Shown here: positions 26,584-39,052 of the stretch, piece after piece
How positions within the stretch are numbered: the stretch's first letter is position 1
How the letters are laid out: every line of letters starts with the position of its first letter
Assembly (NCBI RefSeq): GCF_963921235.1
Contig: NC_086108.1
Coordinates: 88,042,001 to 88,106,000 of the forward strand
DNA from: Mobula hypostoma
Taxonomy: Eukaryota
Length of the DNA: 64,000 bases
Direction: 5' to 3'
Position numbers and translations under genes: made by a program
Notes under the pieces: generated by a model
Told to the model about the DNA's origin: nothing
The model's database searches: none
Seen by the model: the letters and a program-made list of their open reading frames with translations, nothing else

Positions 26584-27205
26584 GGAGCATCCAAGCCAAC
26601 GTCAGGGCAGCAGTGAGGGAGCATCCAAGCCAACGTCAGGGCAGCAGTGAGGGAGCATTCAAGCCAACGTCAGGGCAGCAGTGAGGGAGCATCTGGTCAA
26701 ACATCAGGACAGCGTTGAGGGAGTGCCTGGGTCAAATTCAGAACGGCAGTGAGGGAGCACCTGGGCCAACATGAGGGCAGCAGTGAGGGAGCATCTGGGC
26801 CAACATCAGGACAGTGATGAGGGAGCATCCAGGCCAGCATCAGGACAGCAGTGAGGGAGCGCCTGGACCAACATCAGGGCAGCAGTGAGGGAGCACCTGA
26901 GCCAACATCAGGACAGCAGTGAGGGAGCACCTGGACCAACATCAGGACAGCAGTGAGGGAGCACCTGGGCCAACACCAGGACAGCGGTGAGGGAGCACCT
27001 GGGCCAACACCAGGATAGCGGTGAGGGAGCACCTGGGCCAACATCAGGACAGCAGTGAGGGAGCACCTGGGCCAACACCAGGACAGCAGTGAGGGAGCAC
27101 CTGGGCCAACACCAGGACAGCGGTGAGGGAGCACCTGGGCCAACACCAGGACAGTGGTGAGGGAGCACCTGGGCCAACATCAGGACAGCAGTGAGGGAGC
27201 ATCCA
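26584..27205. repeat. 34 bp minisatellite, ~18 copies
   Basis: Unit gccaacatcaggacagcagtgagggagcacctgg; period confirmed at 26902/26936. Confidence 0.92.
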
Positions 27206-28934
27206 GTCTGACATGGGCAACAGGGAGGATCTCAAGTCAGGAGTAGGGGATTTTTGCTCAGCATCAGATCAGCACTGATGCAGCACATAACATCTCCTGC
27301 TGCTGTTTATCATTTATAATCAATCATGAAGGACCTCAATAGGATGAATACACAAAGCCCTTTTTCCCTAAGGAGCAGGAACCAAAAACTAGAGGACATA
27401 GGTTTAGGAAGAAAGGGAAGAGACTTAAAGGTGACCCCAAGACAACTTCTACACACAGACGATGATGTGTATGTGGAACGAGCTGCCAGAGAAAATGGCT
27501 GGGGTAGACAAATTAACATTTAAATTTGGACAGGAAAAGCTTAAAGGAATATGGTCCAAATGTAGAAAAATGGGATGACTTTAGATGGGCATCTTGGTCG
27601 TTATGAACATGTAGGTGCAAAGTATCTCTTTCCGTACTGCCTAACTGTACTCTTGCTTCTATGCCTCCAGATCTATCCGCCTGCCTGTATCAAACAACTT
27701 CTACCCACCTGCGGTGCAGCCCTGAGCCTCACATAGGTCTCATCAGACTTTTATGTGCCAGAACCCATAAAACTGGAATGGAACCAACTCATTCTCAATC
27801 TCAAAGAACTTCCTAAGATCAAAAGTAACACACACAACAACTGAGGTGGAGTAAAGAGCCAATATTTCCGGCCAAGACCCATTATCAAGGCTGCCAAAGA
27901 TTGACTAATCATGTATTCTGGACCTGAATTTAAGTCTTTGTTCCAACTGACTTGGCAAGTTCATCAGCTAAGCGCTGAATTAAGGCTAATACACAGAGAT
28001 AGGTGACTGTTTTAGAAAGACTGAGCATAAATCATAGTTAAATTTTCAACATAAGTAGGAAAGTTGGAAACGGGTTCAGAGGGTTCAAATCTGCTCCTAG
28101 TGAGAGGATGAGAGGCTTCTCTGTTTGCTGACCAATGAGAGCAAAATTGAATTGTTGCCGCTTCGTTTCTTGTTAGAATTTAAGGTCTGTAAGGAGTTTG
28201 TACACTTTTCCCATGACCAGGTGGGTTTCCTCTGGGTGCTCCAGTTTCCCCTGGGTGCTTCTACAAACCTCGCTGATTTGACTTGATGCAAATGACACAT
28301 TTCAATGTACGCTTCAATGTACATGTCATAAATAAAGTTAATCTTTAATCTTTAGAGTGGCCTGCACTATACAAGAATCATTGACAATTTAATTCAACGA
28401 GTAATGACCAGATGGCAGTTATGCTTCTGTGGCCGGGTTAAGATGACTTGTCTAGAAATTGTTCAGTCTCTTTCAGGTCGGTCACTAGACCTGCACCGTG
28501 ATGCTCGGTTTCACTGAGATTTCCTGAACATGTCAGCAAAGTTGGATAAAATAACGACTCTTTTTGCACACACAGATACCTGGCAGTTGTGCAGTTCCTG
28601 TCTGGAGTGCATGTAGAGTTAGCGGCTGCCAAGTTTCCGTCACGCAGTCTGCTTGGAAAGTCTAAAGGACCTTTCCACTGACAGCTGCAGCAGTGTCGGA
28701 AGAAGCTGCCGCGAAGGTGGGCTAGAGTACAGGGCGGTTGGGATTGTGGGGGGTGGGGGGGATGAGAGTATTAGGCAGCAACCAGTAATGAGTGTGCCCA
28801 TCCCCTCCATGTGATCCCATGGCTCCACTCGACTCCCATGCCATCTTTTCTCTGCATTTAGCTGAGATAATTCTGCTCTTGGAGCACTTGGTGCAGACAC
28901 TAGGTAATATACCCTAGCAGCACAGTGGCATTCT

Positions 28935-29140
28935 GGTGGTGTAGTGCCTTACAGCACCAACGACCTGGGTTCAAGTTCCCACCGCTCACTGCAAGGAGTT
29001 TGTACGTTCTTCCCATGACCGCATGGGTTTCCTCCAGGTGCTGCGGTTTCCTCCCACAGTCCAAAGATGTACGTTTAGGGTGAGTAGGTTAATTGGTTTC
29101 AGGGACGTAACAGGGCAGCACCGCCTCATTGGGCCTGGAG
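28935..29140 (+). mobile_element. V-SINE/HE1-like SINE (related copies at ~28185-28350, 41945-42250, 43765-44040; minus strand at ~20690-20850, 23840-23975)
   Basis: B-box-like gggttcaa followed by ggagtttgtacgttct.ccc.tgacc..gggtttcctcc.ggtgct.cggtttcctcccacagtccaaaga core. Confidence 0.7.
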
Positions 29141-29339
29141 GGCAGCCCCCCAAACACGAAGGACCCTCAACTTCATTAATGAAGTAACATAACATTAAAA
29201 GAAGAAATACATTAACATGGTCTACAAATGAATGACATCTTCAGTCCTTTCTCCTTCTGGTAGAAAAAAGTAGCCAGAAATATCTTCACTTTATTTTCTG
29301 TTAACTTGTAAGGAAGATCTAAGAACAATTCCAAATTAC

Positions 29340-29627
29340 CTGCATCCACTTTTACTAGAACCTTCTCTGATGGGCGCCCAAGGCTACCACAGTAGAATAC
29401 AATGACATCCACCTCATATCTGTGTCCAGGCTCCAGATTTCTGATCTCCGTGGATCGCACTGAGAAGGACTCCACTCGAACCTCCCTCTTAACAGAATTC
29501 TCAAGGTCAGTCACTCGGACGATGAATCCACTTCCATTCCCGTGATCTTTGGAAATATTCCAGCTGACGGAGATGGTATCTCTCTTCTTGGTCAAGACCC
29601 GGTCAATCTTTGCCACCACTGTGGGTT
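29340..29627 (-). CDS. tie1: Tie1 exon, FN3 domain 2 (TIE1-type; 288 nt, phase 1-1)
   Basis: EPTVVAKIDRVLTKKRDTISVSWNIS...GFIVRVTD...NLEPGHRYEVDVIVFYCGSLGRPS, aligning by eye with human TIE1 FN3-2 (LRVSWSL...GFLLRLWD...GLTPGTHYQLDVQLYHCTLLGPAS). Confidence 0.92.
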
Positions 29628-29859
29628 CTGAAGGAAGAATTAGTAGTTCATTTGGATGAAATATGCACAGTGAAAAGTGTGATATTGAAATATAAGGCTT
29701 CTGAAGGGAATGGATGGAGTAGCTGGGGAGAGAATATTTCCCCATCAGGATACATCTAGAATTAGGGGTCATTGTTTCAAGGGGATGGGAGTTGTCAACT
29801 CTTTAAGTCAGAGATAAGATCATGATCCTTTAGGATTCCATAAAGGCTGTCATGAAATA

Positions 29860-30660
29860 TATTCAAGCCAAGATGAGACCATACTTAGAATATTGGGTTC
29901 AATGCTGAAATTTATAAGGCATTGGTTCAAAGGTTCAAGGCATTGGTCAGGTCATAGTTGTGAGCAGTGTTGGGACCCTGATCTAAGAAAGGACATGCTG
30001 GCATTGGAGAGGGTCCAGAGAAAGATCATGAGGACAATCCTGGGAATGAAAGGTTAACATATGAGGAGTGTTTGAGGGCCCTGGGCCTGAACTTGCTGGA
30101 GTTTAGAAGAATGAGAGAGAATCTCATTGAAACTTATTGAATGTTGAAGGGCCTGGATAGAATGGACATGGCGAGGATGTTTCCTATTGTGAGGAGGTCT
30201 AGGACCAGAGGACACAGCCTCAGAATAGAGGGACATTCCTTCAGAACAAAGATGAAGAGGAATTTATTCATCACGTATGTCAGGAAAGCACTGGATCCTT
30301 TTTCCTGAGAGGAGTTTACAAAACTCAGGAGGGAGAATAAAAAGATGGACAGTTTGAATCATTTTCCATGGTAGGGATGTCTAAAACTACAGGGTTAAGG
30401 TGAGAGGGGAGTTACTTAAAGTTGACCCGAGGTGTAATTTTCCACTCAAAGTGTAGAAGGTAGTTGAATAAGCTGCTGGAATGAGTGGTAAAGGTGGGTA
30501 CAATGTTTGAAAGATAGTTGGACAGGCACTTGGTAGCAAAGATTTGGAGGGATATGGGCCAAACGCAGGCAAATGGGACTAGCTTAGGTAGGCACCTTGG
30601 TTAGCATGGGTGAATGGGGCTGATGGGTCTGTTTCCATGCCTTTAAGTTTATGACTCTAA
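29860..30660 (+). mobile_element. Two adjacent CR1-like LINE fragments
   Basis: Similarity to 22328-23040 and to the other CR1 3' ends. Confidence 0.7.
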
Positions 30661-31141
30661 GATAGTCATAGTTTAGAAAGGAGTCGAGTATAACATGGAT
30701 TGGGGTGCAAAGTGCTTCTGAACCCAAGATCATTATTGATTGTCAGAGCAGACTCAAGGGGTTTTGTGGTTTAATTCTTTTCCTATAGATGCTGCCTGGC
30801 CTGCTGCGTTCACCAGCAACTTTGATGTATGTTGCTTGAATTTCCAGCATCTGCAGAATTCCTGTTGTTTGCTCAGGAAAAGTAGGCATGGTTTCACCAA
30901 ATTGGAAATACAGCATTACCTCTGTAGAAAACATGCACGTTATGTAGCATTAGAGTACTGTGCAAAATTCTTAGACACATATAAATAGCTAGGATGCCTT
31001 AGACTGTTGCACAGGATTGTATTTGTCAATGTGGAGTGGAGTGTGAGTTTGTAAATCTACCGGGAACAAAGGATGATGCGAATATGCCAAATGCAGGCAA
31101 ATGGGACTAGCTTAGGTAGGCACCTTGGTTCAATATGCCAA

Positions 31142-32822
31142 AGAATGATGTAATGGACAAAATGGGAGGTGAGGACCTCGATAAAATCACTGTCACTAAA
31201 GAGTTAGTGATGAGCAAACTAGAGGGCCTGAAGGTAGACAAGTCCCTGGTCCTGATGGGATGCATCCCAGGGTGCTGAGGGAATTGGCAGAAGTTATAGT
31301 AGACGCATTAGTAATCATTTACCAAAATTCTCTAGACTCTGGGCAGGTCCTGGCAGACTGGAAGACAGCAGATGTCACACCACTTTTTAAAAAAGGATGT
31401 AGGCAAAAGACGTGCAACTATAGGCCAGTTAGCTTAACACCTGTAGCCGGGAAAATGCTTGAAGCTGACATTAAGGGAGAAATAGCGGAACATTTAGAAA
31501 GGAGTGATTCCATTAGACAGATGCAGCATGGATTCAGAAAGGGCAGGTCCTGTTTGACAAACTTACTGGAGTTCTTTGAGGACATAATGAGTGCAGTGGA
31601 TAGAGGGGAACAGGTGGATGTCGTATACTTGGATTTCCAGAAGGTGTTCGATAAGGTGCTGCACAAGAGACTTATAAATAAGATACAGATGCATGGAGTC
31701 AGAGGAAGTGTATTGGCATGGATAGTGGATTGGTTAACCAATAGAAGCAGAGAGTTGGTATAAATGGGAGTTTCTCCAGTTGGCAGTCAGTGGTGAGTGG
31801 GGTGCCGCAGGGGTCGGTGCGGGGCCCGCAGCTGTTTACCATTTACATTGATGATTTGGAAGAGGGGACTGAGTGTAACATAGCAAAATTTGCTGATGAC
31901 ACTAAACTGAGTGGAAAAGCAAATTGTACAGAGGAATGTGGAGAGTCTGCAGAGGGATATAGATAGGTTAAGTGAGTGGGCCAAGGTCAAGGTCTGGCAG
32001 ATGGAATACAATGTTGGTAAATGCGAGATCTTTGGAAGGAATAATAGAAGAGCAGATTATTATTTAAATGGTGAAAAATTGCAGCATGCTGTTGTGCAGA
32101 GGGACTTGGGAGTGCTTGTGCATGAATTTCAAAAAGTTGGCTTGCAGGTACAACAGGTTATTAAGAAGGCAAACGAGTGTTGCCCTTCATTGTTAGAGGG
32201 ATTGAATTCAAGAGCAGGGAGGTCACACTGCAACTACACAGGGTACTGGTGAGGCCGCACCTGGAGTACTGTGTGCAGTTCTGGTCTCCATACTTGAGGA
32301 AGGATATACTGACTTTGGAGCCAGTGCAGAGGAGGTTCACCAGGATGATTCCAGAGATGAAGGGGTTAACCTATGGGGAGAGATTGAGTCGCCTGGGACT
32401 GTACTCTCTGGAATTCAGAAGAATGAGAGGGGATCTTATAGAAACATACAAAATTTTGAAAGGGATAGATAAAATAGAAGTAGAAAAGTTGTTTCCATTG
32501 GTAGGTGAGACTAGAACTAGGGAATATTGCCTCAAAATTCAGGGGAGAAGATTTAGGACAGAGATGAGGAGAAACTGTTTTTCCCCAGAGAGTGGTGAAT
32601 CTGTGGAAATCTCTGTCCAGGGAAGCAGCTGATGCTTCTTCACTAAATATACTTAAGAAACAGTTAGATAGATTTTTACATAGTAGGGGAATTTAGGCTT
32701 ATGGGGAAAAGGCAGGTATATGGAGCTGAGTTTACGGACAGATCAGCAATGATCTTATTGAATGGCGGGGCAGGCCCAATGGGCCGGATGGCCTACTCTT
32801 GCTCCTATTTCTTATGTTCTGA
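31142..32822 (+). mobile_element. CR1-like LINE with frameshifted RT domain
   Basis: MHPRVLRELA...WKTADVTPLFKKG...NYRPVSLT...QHGFRKGRSCLTNLLEFFE...YLDFQK.FDKV.H; gccgcaggggtcg (PQGS) and tttgctgatgac (FADD). Confidence 0.92.
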
Positions 32823-33291
32823 TGAATGGTGCGAGTGGAGTGCCGTGGGAGGCATGTGGGACAGGTGGCAGAGAAGGAGTGCCAGGGGAAAGTGGGGGTG
32901 GAGCGGCTGCAGACACACCCAGCCCTGAGATACCAGGCAAGGTCATTTGATTCCAAACAATTGATTTATTGGTCATTACAGAATGTCTCTCTGGTGCTTC
33001 CTGCTCCCTCCCCTCTCTCTTCCCCTTTACCCAACATGGTTCCCCACTCATTGGCCTCTTCCCACTCTCAGTCCACAATAGAGACCCCTATCGGAATCAG
33101 GTTTATCATCACTCACATGTCAAGAAATTTGTTTTTTTCTGGCGGCAGCAGTACAATCCAAACCCAAAACTATGGCAGTACTGTGCAAAAGTCTTAGGTA
33201 CCCTAGCTATATACATTTGTGACACTATCCAATTTTGTTGAAGATGTATTAGCAACAGGCTCCATTCAGATAAGACTCTATATGTAACTAC

Positions 33292-33429
33292 CTGGGCAAT
33301 CCGTCTCCAAGATGGCATCAGGACCTGGGGGGCCCTCTCCTCCTTCTCCTGGGCGGGTGAGCTGTACCCGAACTAGGTAACGCGTTGAAGGCTTCAAATT
33401 CATTACAGTGATTGGTTCATTAGTATCAA
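33292..33429 (-). CDS. tie1: Tie1 exon, FN3 domain 1 C-terminal half (138 nt)
   Basis: [46 protein letters not shown], matching TIE1 [14 protein letters not shown]...TDCP; not in the ORF track. Confidence 0.94.
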
Positions 33430-34001
33430 CTGAAATAAAATAAAATATTTCTCAATTTTAGACTTATGAGAGACTGCAGATGCTGAAAATATTGAACAAC
33501 ACATACAAATTCTGGAGGAACTCAGCAGGTCAGGCAGCATACGACTCTAGGACATAGGAGCAGAATTAGGCCATTTGGCTCATCGAGTCTGTCTGTCACA
33601 TCTGTTATTTCCCTCCACAGATGCTGCCTGATCTGTTGAGTTCTCCTCAGCATTTTGTGTGTATTTCTCAATTTTAACCCAGGTATAATTCACCTGTATT
33701 AGTTAAACTACAACAGTGCCATTTAAGACGACTGAAGGGATCTGCTAACTTAGTTGTCATAATTCGTTATTTCTTGTTTCCAATGAACTGTCCATAGCAT
33801 CCCCAAGTTTTCCAGCATACAGAGAGCATACAAATAATACTTCTAATTCTGATTAAAGTATACCAAATAGGCAGGTTTTTCACAACTCCAATGACGATAT
33901 CATCGGGTTCCCTAAAGACAATTCCCTTTCAGGAATAGAAAGAGAAAGGTGGAAATGTGCTGGATAAATAGCAATACACGAGAGGCTTGCCATTATCTGC
34001 A

Positions 34002-34483
34002 GGCCAGGTCACTGGTCTGAGTGCTACTGGTACCATGTAACCTAGTACTACCTGTCACATGGTCGGGTGGTTGGAGACTAAACCGACTCCCCCACCAGGC
34101 TTGCCTGGTGAGGAGGGTGGCTAGACACCCTGCAGGACGAAAAACAAGACTTGTCAAAGGGCGGATGAATCCTCTCGTCGGGTCAACGGCCATCTAGCAA
34201 ACACATGCCGTGAAGCGCGGAAAGGGCATCCCTTGCATCGAAGCTTGGTCTGGCCATTCACTGCAACAGAACTTCCCCCAGCTGTCTTGGACCCCACCAT
34301 GCTGCTGGATCCGGGAGGGGATGTCGAGAGGGTGGGTCTGGACCTGTGCAACCCCCTACTCACCTAAAATCCACTCACGCACACGCTGTTCCTTTCTGAG
34401 GAGTGGGGAATCCTAAACCCCACTAACTGACTGAAAGGAACCATCATCATCCTATGGGATGGATAGCCAGAGAGAGAGAGAGA
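34002..34483 (+). mobile_element. ~480 bp non-coding retroposon with (GA)n tail
   Basis: 13 bp TSD gccattatctgca (33989-34001) / gccattgtctgca (34484-34496); GC-rich body. Confidence 0.7.
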
Positions 34484-35334
34484 GCCATTGTCTGCACGGT
34501 GACCTGCACTGACAGGGTGAAGAATCCAGATACTGGCAGAGTTTTATAGCCTACTAGACTCTCCAACTGGCCTGCCCTGTCTTAATTTTGCAGACATAGT
34601 GTTTCCCTCCTGTCAAGGCCATGTTCCCTACACCTACGTCAATTTTGTCTGGATCTGTGAGTCTTCTCATTTTTACCAGTACAGTGATTAGAATATTTAA
34701 TTCAGCAGCATAAAACAGCAGAACTTGCTGCAAAATATACTTGAGGGGAAACAAGAAGATAGGAAAAGAATTATTTATTTTGGAGACACTTGGACTCCGT
34801 GCTTTGTCTAAAACAACTGGAGCCAAGTTTTACATAAGTGACATAAGATAATAACAGAAAGTGCCATAAATAGTCAGCAAGTCAGGCTGCACTTGTGCAT
34901 GAGGACCAGAGTTAATACTTCAGGCTGAAGATCTTTCATCAGAACTCACATCAGTGACATTAGGAAACACTGAAACACACAGTATTAAATATTTGGAACT
35001 GTCTTTCACAAATAACAGCTATGTAATGACAACCATTAATCTTAAACAGGTAATTTTTGATTACATAAGATATTAACGTCAGATATGATCTCAGTGAATA
35101 GTGAAGCGATCTCAAAGGGTCAAGTAGTCTTCACTGGTTTCTTGTTACCAAAATTGCCAGCAGTCCACTAGAGGGTGTTCTTGTCAAACATTTTATCTGC
35201 TAATGCCCTGGCATATGGTTAATCAATTCAATTTCCAAAATTAACAATTTCTTCACTTAAATTCACCAATGATTTACACAGTCTTTTATCCCCGGCAGTT
35301 TTCAGTTCATACTGACTCCTTTAAAGTAACTCAC

Positions 35335-35496
35335 CTACTATTGTAGACCATTGTGTCCGACTGTCATTTGGCTTGTAAAGGAGTTTAACTGATTTCACTG
35401 GTCCATCTCCAGTGAAGTTTTCAATATTTGGATTCACCTTTAGTTGCTTGCTCTTCTTTTCCAAGATACTTGGGATATTTACTGGAGTAGGAGGAA
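35335..35496 (-). CDS. tie1: Tie1 exon, FN3 domain 1 N-terminal half (162 nt)
   Basis: VPPTPVNIPSILEKKSKQLKVNPNIENFTGDGPVKSVKLLYKPNDSRTQWSTIV, with the Tie GDGP motif; gtgagt donor. Confidence 0.93.
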
Positions 35497-37812
35497 CTGA
35501 AACAACAATTGTTACTTGTTCATGAAATAAGAAAGAGACCAATAGCTGACTCTAGCAGGGCTAGAGGAAAATAAAGAGTGAAATGTGACTATTTTTACAG
35601 GAGATGGATTTTGAGATTCGTATGAGCAACCAATATGGTAGTAGGTGACTTTGGATCTACTGTTACGCACTGATAAAGAATTAACTAATAATAATAGTAA
35701 GAGATTCTTTAAGGAAGAGTCATTGGAATATTATAGTAAGATTAAAGAAAATGTATCACAAACACAAGAAAATCAGCAGATGCTGGAAATCCTAAGCAAA
35801 CATATAAAATGCAGGAGGAATGTGTCCGAACTTCACGGGTCCTGATAAAGGGTCTTGGCCCGATACGTCGACTGTTTATTCTTTTCAACAGATGCTGCCT
35901 GGCCTGCTGAGTTCCTTCAGCATTTTGTGTGCATTACTTAAAGAAAATGTAGACCATCTTGAAATTCTAATTCAAGCAACATGTGAAAGTAGGAAGTGTA
36001 GGTTGGTTGCTGTTGATTACGAAACAAAAGTGTTCCAGCTGTGGGTGAGCAAGAGAAATTAAAGATAGCATTAGATAAAGGAAATGACTTGTAACATTGT
36101 CAAAAAAAAGGCAGCAGGTTTGTGGATTGTGAAATTCCCAGATTTTAACAAATTAGAATAAAGAAATTGATAAAGGACAGGGGAAAGCAGAATATGAGGA
36201 CAGTCATCAATCAAGAAACATTAAAGCAGATTATAAATCATTCGATGGATACGTAGAAAATATTAGCCAAATGCATGGTGGGTTACTTAGAAAGAGGGAA
36301 ATAACATTTTAGAGAAATTAAACAAATATTTTCTTTCCGACTTCACATTAGAAGGTAAAGAAATCCTTATGAAGAGAGTGGAGAATAACAGTTCTCACAT
36401 TTGATCATGACTTCAGATGTAATCTGTGTGGAGTTTGCACCTTCTACTCATGATTGTCAGCAATCATTGCTCTGCTGGATGCCCCGGTTTTCACCCTGGT
36501 CCCCAAAACCTAATTGGCTACTGTAAGTTGCTCTTCAGTGTAAGCAATTGGCAAAGTAAAAAGTTAAAAGGAAGTTGTTGGGCATGTGAAAGGGAACAGC
36601 GTAGCAGAACTATAGGAAACTAAAGAGGGAGATGTGAATGATGGAGTTGCTTTATTCAGAGCTGGCAAGGATTTAACAGACTGAGTGGTCTCGTACTGTG
36701 TCATAATAAATAAAGGAATTAGTATTAGTTTTAAGAATAGTAGAAATTGATGGGACTGAAGGCAATGAAACCCCATGATGGGTATCCAAAGATTGTGGAA
36801 AGATTGCGATGGAGCTAATGCTGATGTCTTTTCTTTCAATGACTTTTGAGGTTTTTCTCTATTCCATGGCTATCTGGGGAAGACGGATATCAGAGTTGTA
36901 TTGTACACGATACTTTGACAATAAAATGAACCTTTGAACCTTTCTTTTGAACTTTAAAGGATACAATTGTATTTCAGAATTCTGTATTTGCTAGTATGGT
37001 TCCATAAACTGGATGATTGATTTACCCCACTGTTTAAGAGAGGAAGCAGGGCGCAAAAGGGGAACCACAAACGGCTTAGCCTAACATTAGCAGTAGGGAA
37101 ATTGCAAAAATCTTTAGTTAAGTAAGGGGGTAGCAGGGTACCTGGAAATTAATAGTAGGATTGGGCAGAGCCAAGATGATTATATGAAAATTAAATCATG
37201 TTTGATACATCAGACATGGGAGAACAAGTAGATATGTTGTATTTAAACTTTAGAAAGCTGCAGATGAAGATTTGAGTTGGAATTTTGACACTGGGGTTAA
37301 TATACTAGCATAGATTGTTGTTTTTAATTTATTTAGAGACAGAGCATGGTAACAGGTCCTTTCGGACCTTCAAAGCCGCGACACCTAATTACTACACCGT
37401 AACCATCGAACTTACTAACCCATATGTCCCTGGAATGTAGGAGGAGCCCCAACATACAATTATCTTACAGACAGTGAAGGGAATTAAACCCTGATTGCTG
37501 GTTCTCTAATATTAGTGCTGTGTTACCGTGTCACCCCCTCACCCCTGCACCCTCATTGTAGTCAGTAGCCCCTGTTGTGCTGTGCCTTTCCCTAACTGGA
37601 TCTACCTGGAACACTAAATCACAGGATTCTCTGTTCTTTTGTAGCTTACAGACCAGCGGCACTTAGAAGCGCTGTTGGTTTGACCTGGTTTTGCAGTGTC
37701 AGGTTTATGGTAATGTTGCTATATAAACTGTAATTACATGTTACACCACCTTGCACATCAGCAAAAAGCTGAATATCAAGGCCCAAAGTTTTAAGCCTTT
37801 GGGAACTCCTAC

Positions 37813-37957
37813 CTTTTACGATGACTTTGAACTTCCTGGAGTCAGTGCCAGTAGATGTGTTGACCCCACACTCCCATACACCTTCATCCTGTAGACTGAC
37901 CTGCGGCAATTTGAATTCTGAAGTAGTTAGGTTCCCTTGCATGATCGATTTCATTGC
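37813..37957 (-). CDS. tie1: Tie1 exon, Ig3 domain C-terminal half (145 nt, phase 0-1)
   Basis: AMKSIMQGNLTTSEFKLPQVSLQDEGVWECGVNTSTGTDSRKFKVIVK, with an Ig F-strand DxGxWxC motif; cccag/gtagga flanks. Confidence 0.93.
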
Positions 37958-39052
37958 CTGGGATGAAAACACAAGTGACACTTCAAGTCAGTTCTGATAT
38001 TTGACAACTGGATAACTTGTACTGACTTTATCGTATACCGAATTCCAAACAATAATTAATCCCTTTTGTACAAAATACCAGTGGAAAGGTTTTTCATGCA
38101 ATGAGAATAGATTGTCCAGTTCATAACATTCAATAAATAAGGGGAAATTTGGATTTTTATCAATTTACTTCGTTTGAGGAAACACAGCATTGAGTAAAGA
38201 CATGCATGTTCATTCCCTATCGCAGTGTGTTTCCTGGATTGATGCAGGAAAATGCCTTGAGCAGGCTAAAATACTTTTTCTTAGGGATAAAGAGAAAACT
38301 GTCAGGCAGGGTTCCCTCTCTGGACCTTACCACAGTATATGGTGTTTATACCACACGATGGTGAACTTGGGCAAGTTATTGATCACACACTGCAGACCCA
38401 GAGAAAGCTTGAGATACAATCGGAGGCAAGCTGTCTGACGCAGGGCCAGGAAGACGAGGTTTTATTTAAAGATTGCAATTTCTTTAAAGAAGCAGGGATG
38501 GCAAAATGCAATAAGTCAACAGTGGGGATTTTTTTTCTGGAGGGGAATCTTACCCAAACAACTGAGAAATTAATCTGGACCTAACATCGGTGCAGCTACG
38601 AAGAAGGCATAACAGCGGCATATTACATGAGGAGTTTGAGAGATTAGGTATGTCACCAAAGGCAATCACAAGTTTCTACAGATATGCCGTGGACAGTATT
38701 GTAACAGGCTACATCACTGTCAGTGAGTTTTTGAACAAAATGGCTGTGCAAGTAGAGAATGCACCGGCTGTCATCTTTTAAAATTCCATAGACTCTAAAA
38801 TGGCTCTCACAGGTCACAAGACAGCAAATGTCATGTTACTATATAAGAAAAGAGGGAGAGAGAATTCTGAGAAATACAGATCACTTCGCCTGATGCCAGC
38901 ATAGGTAAACTCCTGAATCAGTTGTTCAGGAATAGGTAGCAAGGCACATAGAAAAAAGGGACTTGGCAGAGTTAGGATGTAATGACGAGAGGGAAATTAC
39001 ATGTTAAAAAATTTGTAGAGATACCCGAGATTGTATAGAACAGAACTCAGAA

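Noticed and set aside
26584..27235. CRISPR-like array or repetitive protein
   Set aside because: Units are head-to-tail with no unique spacers, there are no cas genes and the context is vertebrate; the repetitive ORFs are an artefact of a 34 bp stop-poor unit
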